A stretch of DNA of 57,499 nt from positions 1 through 57,499 of the forward strand of contig JAUSKP010000010.1 of NCBI GenBank assembly GCA_030646555.1, written 5' to 3'. The notes under the pieces were generated by a model, which saw only the letters and a list, made by a program, of their open reading frames with translations, made no database searches and was not told the origin of the DNA. Each line of letters opens with the position of its first letter. The first letter of the stretch is position 1. This document shows positions 17,515 to 26,044 of this stretch, piece after piece. The position numbers were made by a program, and so were the translations under genes. The stretch is from a bacterium (GTDB taxonomy: Bacteria > Patescibacteriota > Minisyncoccia > UBA6257 > 02-FULL-45-10c).

Positions 17515-18424
17515 GAAAATAATTAAAAATAAAAATATTACTTGGATAGATATCGCCAAGCCAACCAAACAAGATATTGAGTTTGTCGCAAAACAGCATA
17601 AATTTCATCCTATTATATTGGATGAACTGCTTCATGTTTCCGCCCATTCTAGAGTTGATATATATGACCAATACCTCTATCTAACCTATCATATTCCGGT
17701 TTATGATCCTGTTATGAAAACTTCCCGCAAGGCCGAAATAGATTGCCTTATAACAAAAAATAAAATAATAACCGTGCACTATGAAGAATTGGAGCCTATA
17801 AACAATTTCACTAGGAACTTGACCAATAATCCTCATTTCAAAGAAACCGCAATGGAAAACACGGGAAAATTGCTGTATTCAATCATTGAAGAAATTATCA
17901 ATTTCTCTATGCGACAATTAAAGCACATAGAAGAAAATGTAACCGGTTTAACTCAAGAATTATTCACCGGAAAAGAAGAAGCGATGCTTAGAAAAATATC
18001 GTATGTTAAAAGAGATCTTTTAGATTATAGGATCATCAGCCGCCCCCAAGAAATACTTCTGAAATCACTCAAAGAAACCTCCATAAAATTCTGGGGAGAG
18101 GGCATAGTTGTATATTTGTCAGATCTAGTAGGAGATCATCTGAAGGTTACACAGCATCTGGAAAATTACCAGCAAACCATTGAATCCTTAGAAGAAACCA
18201 ATGCCCAGCTTTTAAATGCCAAAACTAACTCGGTTATGCAAAAATTCAATATTTTGGCCTTTTTAACAATACCAATGGTTGTAGTTATACAACTTTTCTC
18301 TGTAGATTCCTTTAATTCATTATTAGGAGAAAATAATTTAAAATTATTTCTCGCCAGTATTATCACGGTGATTTCTATAACCACTATATCTCTTATGGTG
18401 TTTAAAAATAAAAAATGGCTGTAA
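17504..18424 (+). CDS. CorA-like divalent-cation transporter family protein lacking the GMN motif
   Basis: CorA-like N-terminal domain and two C-terminal TM helices. The position of YGMNF reads LFSVDSF. The true start may be the ATG at 17513 (MKIIKNK). Confidence 0.7.
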   Translation: MCGMKIIKNKNITWIDIAKPTKQDIEFVAKQHKFHPIILDELLHVSAHSRVDIYDQYLYLTYHIPVYDPVMKTSRKAEIDCLITKNKIITVHYEELEPINNFTRNLTNNPHFKETAMENTGKLLYSIIEEIINFSMRQLKHIEENVTGLTQELFTGKEEAMLRKISYVKRDLLDYRIISRPQEILLKSLKETSIKFWGEGIVVYLSDLVGDHLKVTQHLENYQQTIESLEETNAQLLNAKTNSVMQKFNILAFLTIPMVVVIQLFSVDSFNSLLGENNLKLFLASIITVISITTISLMVFKNKKWL

Positions 18425-19920
18425 AAATTTACGATTCTCTTTCCGGAATAAAACAAGATCTGCCAAATAGCCGACCAATTCGGCTATTTGTTTGCGGTCC
18501 GACCGTATATGATTTCCCGCATCTGGGACATGCGCGAACCTACATTGCCTTTGACACAATCGCCCGCTATTTAAAATCACAAAAAATAAAAATATTCTAC
18601 CTGCAAAATATTACCGACGTTGACGACAAGATCATTGAGCGAGCCAAAGAACAGAATATATCCCCGATTGAACTAGCCACGCAATTTGAACGCGAATATC
18701 ATATATTTGAAAAAAAACTTCGTATTAAAGGGATAAAATATGCCCGAGCCACTAAGCATATTCCGCAGATAGTAAAACAGATCCAAACCCTGATCAAAAA
18801 AGGCCATGCCTACAAGATAGACGGCGACGGCTATTACTTTGATATCTCCACCTTTCCCGAATACGGAAAGCTTTCAAAGCGAACCGTTCTCCAGGCCGAA
18901 GACGCCACATCCAGAATTGATGAAACTATAAACAAAAGAAATAAAGGAGATTTCGCGCTATGGAAATTTCCTACAGACAAATCCCTCACACAAGGATGTG
19001 TAAGGGACGAGAATATTCCCGAACTAAATCCGCCAGCTAGCGGAAATAAAAAAATAGCCTTTAAAATAGTCTTCGGCGAACCGCTTTGGCACACTTCACT
19101 GGGCTGGGGCCGTCCGGGCTGGCACATTGAAGATACAGCCATCACCGAACATTATTTCGGTCCGCAATATGATATTCACGGAGGTGGAGTGGATCTTAAA
19201 TTTCCGCACCATGAAGCCGAAATAACTCAGCAAGAATCCGCTTCGGGGAAAAAACCGATGGTTAAGATCTGGATGCATGCGGGATTCCTCCTGATCAACG
19301 GTAAAAAAATGTCCAAGTCTTTAAAAAACTTTATTACAATAAATGATTTTATTGGAAAATACCCGCCGGAAACATTAAGGCTTTTAATAAATCAAAACCA
19401 CTACCGCTCCCCTTTCAATTACATGGAAGCGTCCGCGGATCAAGCCAATAATACTTTGAAAAAAATACAAAAAATATTAAAAATATTTTCTATAATAAAA
19501 CAAAAAGGGTCTGTAAGCGCTGAAATTAAAAAAACACTGGGTATCGCTGAATTAAATTTCAAAGAAGCTATGGACGATGACTTTAATACTCCAAAAGCGC
19601 TGGCTTCTATTTTTGAATTGATAAATGCCTTAGAACCGAACATATGTCTCCCTGCGAGAGATGTCCCGAAGGGACAGAAATTAAATAAAAACGAAGCAAT
19701 CGCGGCTCAAAAATTCATAATTAGCAAGATGGAACTATTCCTGGGAATAGCCTTAAAAACGCCTAAAATGCCCCCAAATATCGCTAAATTAGCCAAGGAA
19801 CGTGAGTTATGCAGAAGTCATAAACAGTTTGCTCAATCCGACCTATTGAGAAATAAAATAGAAGGCTTAGGATATATAGTAGAGGACATGCCAATCGGCC
19901 AACTCGTAACTAAAAAGTAG
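18415..19920 (+). CDS. cysS: cysteine--tRNA ligase with in-frame insertions
   Basis: HLGHARTY (HIGH), GRPGWHIE and KMSKS motifs. About 30 extra residues lie before EPLWHTSLGWGRPGWH. Confidence 0.93.
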   Translation: MAVKIYDSLSGIKQDLPNSRPIRLFVCGPTVYDFPHLGHARTYIAFDTIARYLKSQKIKIFYLQNITDVDDKIIERAKEQNISPIELATQFEREYHIFEKKLRIKGIKYARATKHIPQIVKQIQTLIKKGHAYKIDGDGYYFDISTFPEYGKLSKRTVLQAEDATSRIDETINKRNKGDFALWKFPTDKSLTQGCVRDENIPELNPPASGNKKIAFKIVFGEPLWHTSLGWGRPGWHIEDTAITEHYFGPQYDIHGGGVDLKFPHHEAEITQQESASGKKPMVKIWMHAGFLLINGKKMSKSLKNFITINDFIGKYPPETLRLLINQNHYRSPFNYMEASADQANNTLKKIQKILKIFSIIKQKGSVSAEIKKTLGIAELNFKEAMDDDFNTPKALASIFELINALEPNICLPARDVPKGQKLNKNEAIAAQKFIISKMELFLGIALKTPKMPPNIAKLAKERELCRSHKQFAQSDLLRNKIEGLGYIVEDMPIGQLVTKK

Positions 19921-19937
19921 CTAGTCTCTAAAATATT

Positions 19938-21287
19938 ATGGCAACAAGCAAATTAAAACTACCGCCTCAAAATCTGGAAGCGGAACAATTTGTTTTAGGC
20001 GCTTTGATGATAGATAAAAACTCAATAATAAATGTTGCTGATGTTTTATCGCCGAATGATTTTTATAAGCCGGTAAACGAAAAAATATATGAAGCAATCT
20101 TGGAGCTTTATACAAAAAGAGAGCCGATAGATATTTTCACGGTCACAAATAAATTAAAAGACGCAGGCCTGTTAAAAGATATCGGCGGCGGCGCTTATTT
20201 AACTAAAATAATTGAATCAGTCCCCTCCGCCGCGCATGTCGGTCATTATGCCCAGATCGTAAAAGAGAAAAAAATATTAAGGGATCTGATCAGCGCCTCG
20301 GGAAATATTTCCGAAAAAGCCTTCAGCACCGGAATGGATATGGAAGAAATGATGGATGATATAGAAAAACAGATATTTTCAATTTCACAAAAATCCGTTC
20401 CCCAAAAATTTTCCAGCATCGGCGAAGGGCTTAAGGGCGCTTATGAAAGGATAGAAAGACTTCACAGCGGTGAAGGCGGTTTAAGGGGCGTTGCCTCCGG
20501 CTTCCTTGATCTGGACAACATACTTTCCGGTTTTCAACGTTCGGATTTAGTGGTTTTGGGCGCCAGGCCATCTATCGGCAAAACATCGTTGGCTTTAGAT
20601 ATCGCCAGAAGCGTAGCGGTAGACCGCAAGGAACCTGTTGGCATATTTTCTTTGGAAATGTCTAAGGAGCAAGTTATAGACAGAATTATTTCTTCTCAAG
20701 CCAACGTTCCGCTTTGGAATCTAAGAACCGGCAAGCTTAAAGAAGATGGCGCCTTTTCCTGTATTCAAGGAGCGCTGGACGAACTTTCCAAGGCCCCTAT
20801 TTTCATAGACGACACGCCGTCTCCAAACATTCTTCAAATGAGGTCTATGGCAAGACGACTCCAGTCGGAATCCGGATTAAGTCTGCTAGTGGTTGATTAT
20901 CTGCAACTCATACAGCCTCGCACAAATTCGGATAATATGGTCTCGCAAATCACAGAAATTTCCCGAGGCTTAAAGGGATTGGCCAGGGAATTAAATATTC
21001 CGGTCATTGCTCTTTCCCAGCTTTCCAGAGCCGTTGACCAAAGAGAAAATAAAAGACCGAGGCTTTCAGACTTGAGAGAAAGCGGATCCATTGAACAAGA
21101 TGCCGACGTCGTAATGTTTATTTATAGAAAAGACCACGAAAAAGCCAATCCTTCTCCGGAAGAAATGGGTATGACAGAAATTATTATAGCCAAACACAGA
21201 AACGGCCCAACAGGAACAATTAAATTAAGATTCAACCAAGAAAAGGCCAGCTTTATGAGTTTGGATAAATACCATACAGAAAATTAA
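19938..21287 (+). CDS. dnaB: replicative DNA helicase DnaB
   Basis: PPQNLEAEQFVLGA N-terminus, Walker A GARPSIGKTS, and SQLSR / ESGSIEQDAD motifs. Confidence 0.95.
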   Translation: MATSKLKLPPQNLEAEQFVLGALMIDKNSIINVADVLSPNDFYKPVNEKIYEAILELYTKREPIDIFTVTNKLKDAGLLKDIGGGAYLTKIIESVPSAAHVGHYAQIVKEKKILRDLISASGNISEKAFSTGMDMEEMMDDIEKQIFSISQKSVPQKFSSIGEGLKGAYERIERLHSGEGGLRGVASGFLDLDNILSGFQRSDLVVLGARPSIGKTSLALDIARSVAVDRKEPVGIFSLEMSKEQVIDRIISSQANVPLWNLRTGKLKEDGAFSCIQGALDELSKAPIFIDDTPSPNILQMRSMARRLQSESGLSLLVVDYLQLIQPRTNSDNMVSQITEISRGLKGLARELNIPVIALSQLSRAVDQRENKRPRLSDLRESGSIEQDADVVMFIYRKDHEKANPSPEEMGMTEIIIAKHRNGPTGTIKLRFNQEKASFMSLDKYHTEN

Positions 21288-21329
21288 AATTTAAAAATCA
21301 AAAATCAAAATTTAGGGAAACGAGATTTT

Positions 21330-21408
21330 GTCATTCCGCACTTGATGCGCCTGCCTGCCGGCAGGCAGGGAATCCAGAAACCTAGATTCCCGCTTTCGCG
21401 GGAATGAC
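21330..21408. repeat. family B element (GTCATTCCGCACTTGATGCG ... CGCGGGAATGAC) with a nested family P palindrome
   Basis: gtcattccgcacttgatgcg[cctgcctgccggcaggcaggg]aatccagaaacctagattcccgctttcgcgggaatgac. Confidence 0.85.
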
Positions 21409-21469
21409 AGAAAAGATTTTTAATTTTACATTGTCATTTTCCATTTTGATATTTACATTTTAAACTTTT

Positions 21470-22081
21470 ATGAATTTACCTGATCCAATTAAAAACTTTA
21501 TACATCACTTTTCTAAACTTCCATCAATAGGTCCACGACAGGCCACGAGGCTGGCCTTTCACGTAATTGGTTCCGGAAAAGATGAAATAGACGGAATAAT
21601 AAAATCCCTAGAAGGCTTAGAAGGTATGTCTATTTGTGAAAAATGTTTTTTTGTTTTCCTGCCTCAAGATAAAGATGACAAACTTTGTGAAATTTGCAGA
21701 GATAAAAAAAGAAACTCTAAGCTCATAGCCATAGTTGAAAAAGAGACCGATTTGATTTCAATAGAAAAAACAAATAAATTCAATGGTAATTATTTTATAA
21801 TTGGAAGCCTGCAAAAAAATGGAGTTCTGGGATCTGAACAAAAAAGACGGCTTGAAAAATTAAAAGCTGTCATAGAAAAAGAATTGGGAGGACAAGCCGA
21901 TGAAATAGTCATTGCCACTAATCCTACTACTTACGGCGATTTCAATGCCGCTATACTGGGCAAAGAATTAAAAGATCTCGCCAAAAAAATCACCAGACTC
22001 GGAAGAGGCATTCCGACCGGCGGTGAAATAGAATTCGCAGATGAAGACACGCTCGGCCAGGCGCTTGAAAGAAGAAATTAA
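21470..22081 (+). CDS. recR: recombination protein RecR
   Basis: LPSIGPRQATRLAFH HhH motif, C4 zinc finger and Toprim domain. Confidence 0.93.
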   Translation: MNLPDPIKNFIHHFSKLPSIGPRQATRLAFHVIGSGKDEIDGIIKSLEGLEGMSICEKCFFVFLPQDKDDKLCEICRDKKRNSKLIAIVEKETDLISIEKTNKFNGNYFIIGSLQKNGVLGSEQKRRLEKLKAVIEKELGGQADEIVIATNPTTYGDFNAAILGKELKDLAKKITRLGRGIPTGGEIEFADEDTLGQALERRN

Positions 22082-22136
22082 TTAGTCTATAGTTATACAC
22101 AGTTCTATTACAGTTCAAATAAAAAGGAGGTTTTAG

Positions 22137-22445
22137 ATGTCTAAAAAAGAAGAACTATGGATAGCAAGACGGGATTTTTATATCTTACTTATGCTATTCT
22201 TGATATCTTACAGGCGGAGCGGTTTCTATTACAGCGAAATTAAAGATCTACTAAACTTAAAAGATGGCCAGATGAATCGCGGCCTAAAATTATTGAACAA
22301 AAACTTCTGGATCGTCCCGCACGTAGTTCCCTATAAAGGAAGAGGTCGTATCCTCGTCAAGTACGAACTAACCAAGCGCGGCAAAGTCTTTGTAGAAATG
22401 TTTCCTTCTGTGATAAAAAAATATCCTTTAAGGATAACTAAATAA
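22137..22445 (+). CDS. small winged-helix-like putative DNA-binding protein
   Basis: Strong RBS (aaaggagg). 102 aa with a helix-rich core followed by a basic hairpin (KGRGRILVKYELTKRG). The fold call is inference only. Confidence 0.5.
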   Translation: MSKKEELWIARRDFYILLMLFLISYRRSGFYYSEIKDLLNLKDGQMNRGLKLLNKNFWIVPHVVPYKGRGRILVKYELTKRGKVFVEMFPSVIKKYPLRITK

Positions 22446-22451
22446 ACTATA

Positions 22452-22478
22452 AGCGGCTCTCAATGAGCCGCTTTTTTT
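22452..22478. terminator. rho-independent terminator between convergent genes
   Basis: AGCGGCTCtcaatGAGCCGCT followed by TTTTTTT. Confidence 0.8.
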
Positions 22479-22491
22479 ACAGAAACAATCT

Positions 22492-22803
22492 TTATTTGAT
22501 ACTGGTAATTTCCACTTCTGTCATTTGCTGTCTGTGTCCCTTTTTCTTTCTTCGTCTTGTTTTGGAATGATATTTAAAAACAATCTTTTTCTTGTCTTTG
22601 TAGGTATCCAGCAACTTGCCCTCTACTTTAACACCTTTTAAATATGGGGCGCCAACTTCAACGCTCTCGCCATCAACAACTAATAAAACTTTATCAAAAA
22701 CAACATCGGATCCAACTTCGTTATCTAATTTTTCAATATTCAGTTTGTCTCCAACGGCAACTTTATATTGCTTGCCTCCTGTTTCTATTACTGCTAATTT
22801 CAT
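22492..22803 (-). CDS. rplU: 50S ribosomal protein L21
   Basis: MKLAVIETGGKQYKV... is a typical L21 N-terminus. Basic C-terminus. Confidence 0.93.
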   Translation of the reverse strand: MKLAVIETGGKQYKVAVGDKLNIEKLDNEVGSDVVFDKVLLVVDGESVEVGAPYLKGVKVEGKLLDTYKDKKKIVFKYHSKTRRRKKKGHRQQMTEVEITSIK

Positions 22804-22824
22804 GCCAAATTTGTATTAATTTTA

Positions 22825-22924
22825 GAGCTCATCTTTGTAGCGATAAAATTTATCTACAAATTTGAGCACCCTGTTAAATGCTGCTTCGCAGCAATCCGTC
22901 GACTGACGGATTATTTAACGGGGT
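22825..22924. repeat. family C MITE-like element including the GIY-YIG 3'-end hairpin
   Basis: gagctcatctttgtagcgataaaatttatctacaaatttgagcACCCTGTTAAAT...ATTTAACgGGGT. The left part is near-identical to 55155-55210, downstream of an intact GIY-YIG ORF. Confidence 0.8.
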
Positions 22925-22967
22925 TAATGGTTTGTTAACTCAGACAAAAGCCCAAAGAACAAACACA

Positions 22968-23312
22968 TTAATTAATAGAAATAATAGCAAAAACCCCGAT
23001 TAAAATCAATACAGAGAGCGCTAAGCTGGAAAAAGAGAATAAATAGGCCAAAAATCTTTCTCTGAAATAAGTCCTGTTTGCCAACCAGGCATTTAAAATA
23101 ATCATAGTCGCCGATATCCCGATAAGGCTAAAAACGTCGCCCTTGTCCCCAAGAAAGTCTATACCTTTGTACCCATCATAGTGCATTATCAATAAATTAT
23201 TTATTTTATAAAAGTTTAAAACAGCAACGATTAAGGCTGTTAGAATCAACCCGCCACTTACTAAAAACGGGTAAAATAAAGGCTTGGTATTTTTGAATTC
23301 TTTTATTGTCAT
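22968..23312 (-). CDS. small membrane protein (3-4 TM)
   Basis: 114-aa hydrophobic ORF. No motif recognised. Confidence 0.55.
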   Translation of the reverse strand: MTIKEFKNTKPLFYPFLVSGGLILTALIVAVLNFYKINNLLIMHYDGYKGIDFLGDKGDVFSLIGISATMIILNAWLANRTYFRERFLAYLFSFSSLALSVLILIGVFAIISIN

Positions 23313-23326
23313 GGTATTTTTTTCTT

Positions 23327-23390
23327 GTCATTCCCGCGGAAGCGGGAATCCAGTCTTTTTTTCTAGATTCCGCATCAAGTGCGGAATGAC
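23327..23390. repeat. family B element
   Basis: gtcattcccgcggaagcgggaatccag...ctagattccgcatcaagtgcggaatgac. Confidence 0.85.
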
Positions 23391-23403
23391 AGAAATTCTC
23401 TGA

Positions 23404-24597
23404 CTAAAACCTATTTTCAAGTATATCTTTTCTTATCTTTTTCATCAATTTCTCCATAAAATAAAGATTGTGAATAGTTGTCAAAATCCCCGCCAACATT
23501 TCTCCGCTTTGGAATAAATGCCTTACATATCCCCTTGTAAAATTGGCACAGGTATAACACCCGCACCCTTTTTCAATTGGTTTCTTATCTAAAGCGAATT
23601 TACCGGACTTCATATTTAAATTTCCTTTTTCGGTTAAAGCAGTTCCGTTTCTGCCTAATCTGGTCGGAGTGACGCAGTCAAATGTATCAATGCCCCGTCT
23701 AACAGCCTCAACAATATCTTCAACTGATCCTATGCCAAGAAGATGTTTGGGTTTATTTTCAGGCAGATGTTCAACGGACCAGTCTAATTCATTTTTTGCA
23801 TTCTTCTTAAATTTTCCAAAAGCTCCGCCGATGCCAAACCCGTCAAAATCCATAGCGCCAATAAACTTAGAGCTTTCTAATCTTAAGTCTTTAAATTCAC
23901 CGCCCTGCACTATGCCGAACAATAACTGACGACCAACAACTGACGACCCACGACGAAATGCCTTTAAAGACCTTACCGCCCAACGATGAGTGCGTTCCAT
24001 TGCCTCTTTCGTATATTCATGGTCGGAATAAGGCGAAGTGCATTCATCAAAAGCAAAAATAATATCCGCCCCTAAATTTTCCTGAATCTTCATAGATTCT
24101 TCTGGGCCAATAAAATGTTTGGAGCCATCTAAAAATGATCTGAAATAAACCCCGTCTTCAGTTATCCTTGCAAATTTTCCTTCGCCCGCCATAGCTTTCT
24201 TGTCCGCCAAAGCTTTAGCGTCGGTGGAAGCGACGGCGGGTCTATTGCCCGCCTGGTTTTTACCGATAATCTTTGAGCATCCATGCTCCATTCCCAATCC
24301 CAAACTAAAAACCTGAAAACCGCCACTATCTGTAATGATCGGTTTTGGCCAATTCATAAATTTATGAAGTCCGCCAAATTTCTTTACCACCTTATCGCCT
24401 GGCCTTAGGAATAAATGGTATGTATTACATAAAACGGCCTCTATGCCCATATCGTTCAATTGCGCGGGCGTAATGCCCTTTACAGTCGCTTTGGTGCCAA
24501 CCGGATAGAAGGCCGGCGTATGGATCAAGCCGTGAGGCGTGCTAATAACCCCTGCTCGGGCTTGGCTTTTTTTAGATTTTTTTAGAATTTTAAACAC
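23404..24597 (-). CDS. tgt: queuine tRNA-ribosyltransferase (tRNA-guanine transglycosylase), start re-assigned to GTG
   Basis: TPAFYPVGT, DSGGFQ, and the zinc site CxCxxC...H (CGCYTCANFTRGYVRHL). The track ORF start (24630) lies inside tRNA-Glu. GTG at 24595-24597 aligns with the canonical Tgt N-terminus. Confidence 0.88.
   Translation of the reverse strand: MFKILKKSKKSQARAGVISTPHGLIHTPAFYPVGTKATVKGITPAQLNDMGIEAVLCNTYHLFLRPGDKVVKKFGGLHKFMNWPKPIITDSGGFQVFSLGLGMEHGCSKIIGKNQAGNRPAVASTDAKALADKKAMAGEGKFARITEDGVYFRSFLDGSKHFIGPEESMKIQENLGADIIFAFDECTSPYSDHEYTKEAMERTHRWAVRSLKAFRRGSSVVGRQLLFGIVQGGEFKDLRLESSKFIGAMDFDGFGIGGAFGKFKKNAKNELDWSVEHLPENKPKHLLGIGSVEDIVEAVRRGIDTFDCVTPTRLGRNGTALTEKGNLNMKSGKFALDKKPIEKGCGCYTCANFTRGYVRHLFQSGEMLAGILTTIHNLYFMEKLMKKIRKDILENRF
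24184..24242. repeat. GC-rich family H repeat (GCCCGCCATAGC... type) in-frame inside tgt
   Basis: gcccgccatagctttcttgtccgccaaagctttagcgtcggtggaagcgacggcggg encodes ...RPAVASTDAKALADKKAMAGEG. Related copies at 30781, 31605, 41791 and 57406. Confidence 0.7.
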
Positions 24598-24598
24598 G

Positions 24599-24670
24599 TA
24601 GCCCCAATGAGAATCGGACTCATGTTCCATCCTTGAGAAGGATGTGTCCTAGCCACTAGACGATGGGGCC
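24599..24670 (-). tRNA. tRNA-Glu (anticodon CTC)
   Basis: GGCCCCATCGTCTAGTGGCTAGGACACATCCTTCTCAAGGATGGAACATGAGTCCGATTCTCATTGGGGCTA folds as a canonical cloverleaf. The T-loop TCCGATT matches tRNA-Lys and tRNA-Val here. Confidence 0.9.
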
Positions 24671-24712
24671 GAAGATAGTACTTAGTAATTAGCCACTAGT
24701 AGTAGATTTGCT

Positions 24713-24744
24713 GGATTGCCACGTCGCAGACTCCTCGCAATGAC
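24713..24744. repeat. half copy of family A repeat
   Basis: ggattgccacgtcgcagactcctcgcaatgac. Confidence 0.75.
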
Positions 24745-24784
24745 AGATAATCAATCTCTAATCGCTAGTCGCTAATGACTAATC

Positions 24785-26044
24785 TTATACTATCTTTATT
24801 TCCTCCACAACCTTTTCCAGTTCCATAGCATGAGATCCTTTTATCAAGACCAGATCGCCTTTTTTCATCAGTTCCTGGACTTTAAGTTTGGCGTCATCGG
24901 CGGATTCAAAGCTGAAAATATTTTTTATAGGCATTCCTTTTTTGGAAGCCGCCTCGGCAATGAATTTTGATCTTGGACCAACCGTCACCAAAATACTGAA
25001 CACATCATTAATTAAATTTCCCACCTCAACATGGGCGTCAATTGTATATTTTCCAATTTCCAACATATCCCCCAAAACCGCAATCTTTCTTTTGAATTTC
25101 ATCGAGTCCGCTAATTCAATAGCCGCCTTCATAGACATCGGCGAAGCGTTATAACAATCATCAATCACGAAAGTATCTTTTATGCCGGGAATTACTTTGG
25201 TCCGTTGCGCGGGCGACTGATAAGATTGAAGCGCTTCGGACACTTTTACCAAATTCATGCTAAAAGCAAAACCTACGGCAGCTGCGGCCGCCGCGGCATA
25301 CACTTGGGGCTTCCCAAAACAACCGTCAATTTTAACAGGGACAAAAGATCCGCCGTAATTCAGCTTAAAACTTACACCAACAGGAATCCCTCCCTCCACT
25401 CTATTTTCAAAATTAGTTATTTGAATTGCAGACTCATCGCTAAAACCATACGTCATAACATAGGCCTTAGTTCTTAGTTTCATTTCCAAAACATATTTGT
25501 CATCCGCATTCAAAACAGCAAAGCCGGTACTGGGCAGAGCTTCTAATATTTTGGACTTCTCACGAGCCACCGCCTCCGGACCGCTATAGAACTCAACATG
25601 CGCCGGCACGTCTCCCACAGCAGTAATTACGCCTATCTGCGGCTTGGCAACGTCCAAAAGATCCTTGATATCCCCCGGCTTATCAGCCGCGTATTCCAAG
25701 ATCAATATTTCCGGATATTTTCCGCCAAAGGCGGACCAGCCTCTGGTTGGAAGCATAAGTCGAAGAACAGCCATAAAAATAACCTTAACCCAAAACATTT
25801 TGCCCGTGATCTTTTGATAATCTCCCAAAATGGTCAATGGCAAACCAAGTTCGTTATTAAAATTGCCATGAGTGGCTCTCACAAAACGGGATTCTTTTAA
25901 AACGCAAAGTATCGCTTCTTTCGTGGAAGTTTTTCCAACACTGCCTGTTACAGCTATGACTCCGGGCTGATATTTATTGATCGTCCAAATAGCTAATTTG
26001 CGTATGGTCACCCGCAAATATTGTTGTAATTTTTCTTTATTCAT
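24785..26044 (-). CDS. murF: UDP-N-acetylmuramoyl-tripeptide--D-alanyl-D-alanine ligase
   Basis: Mur ligase P-loop VTGSVGKTSTKE plus central and C-terminal Mur ligase domains. Position after ftsI in the dcw cluster. Confidence 0.85.
   Translation of the reverse strand: MNKEKLQQYLRVTIRKLAIWTINKYQPGVIAVTGSVGKTSTKEAILCVLKESRFVRATHGNFNNELGLPLTILGDYQKITGKMFWVKVIFMAVLRLMLPTRGWSAFGGKYPEILILEYAADKPGDIKDLLDVAKPQIGVITAVGDVPAHVEFYSGPEAVAREKSKILEALPSTGFAVLNADDKYVLEMKLRTKAYVMTYGFSDESAIQITNFENRVEGGIPVGVSFKLNYGGSFVPVKIDGCFGKPQVYAAAAAAAVGFAFSMNLVKVSEALQSYQSPAQRTKVIPGIKDTFVIDDCYNASPMSMKAAIELADSMKFKRKIAVLGDMLEIGKYTIDAHVEVGNLINDVFSILVTVGPRSKFIAEAASKKGMPIKNIFSFESADDAKLKVQELMKKGDLVLIKGSHAMELEKVVEEIKIV

Noticed and set aside
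22833-22862. Resemblance of TTTGTAGATAAATTTTATCGCTACAAA (minus sense) to a Cas12a-type repeat ending in GTAGAT
   Set aside because: There are only single copies at each locus, no spacers and no cas12. The hairpin is the conserved 3' flank of the GIY-YIG ORF or element.
24598-24630. N-terminal 11 codons (MEHESDSHWGY) of the ORF-track tgt gene
   Set aside because: These codons are the variable loop, T-arm and acceptor strand of tRNA-Glu(CTC). The start was re-assigned to the GTG at 24595-24597.
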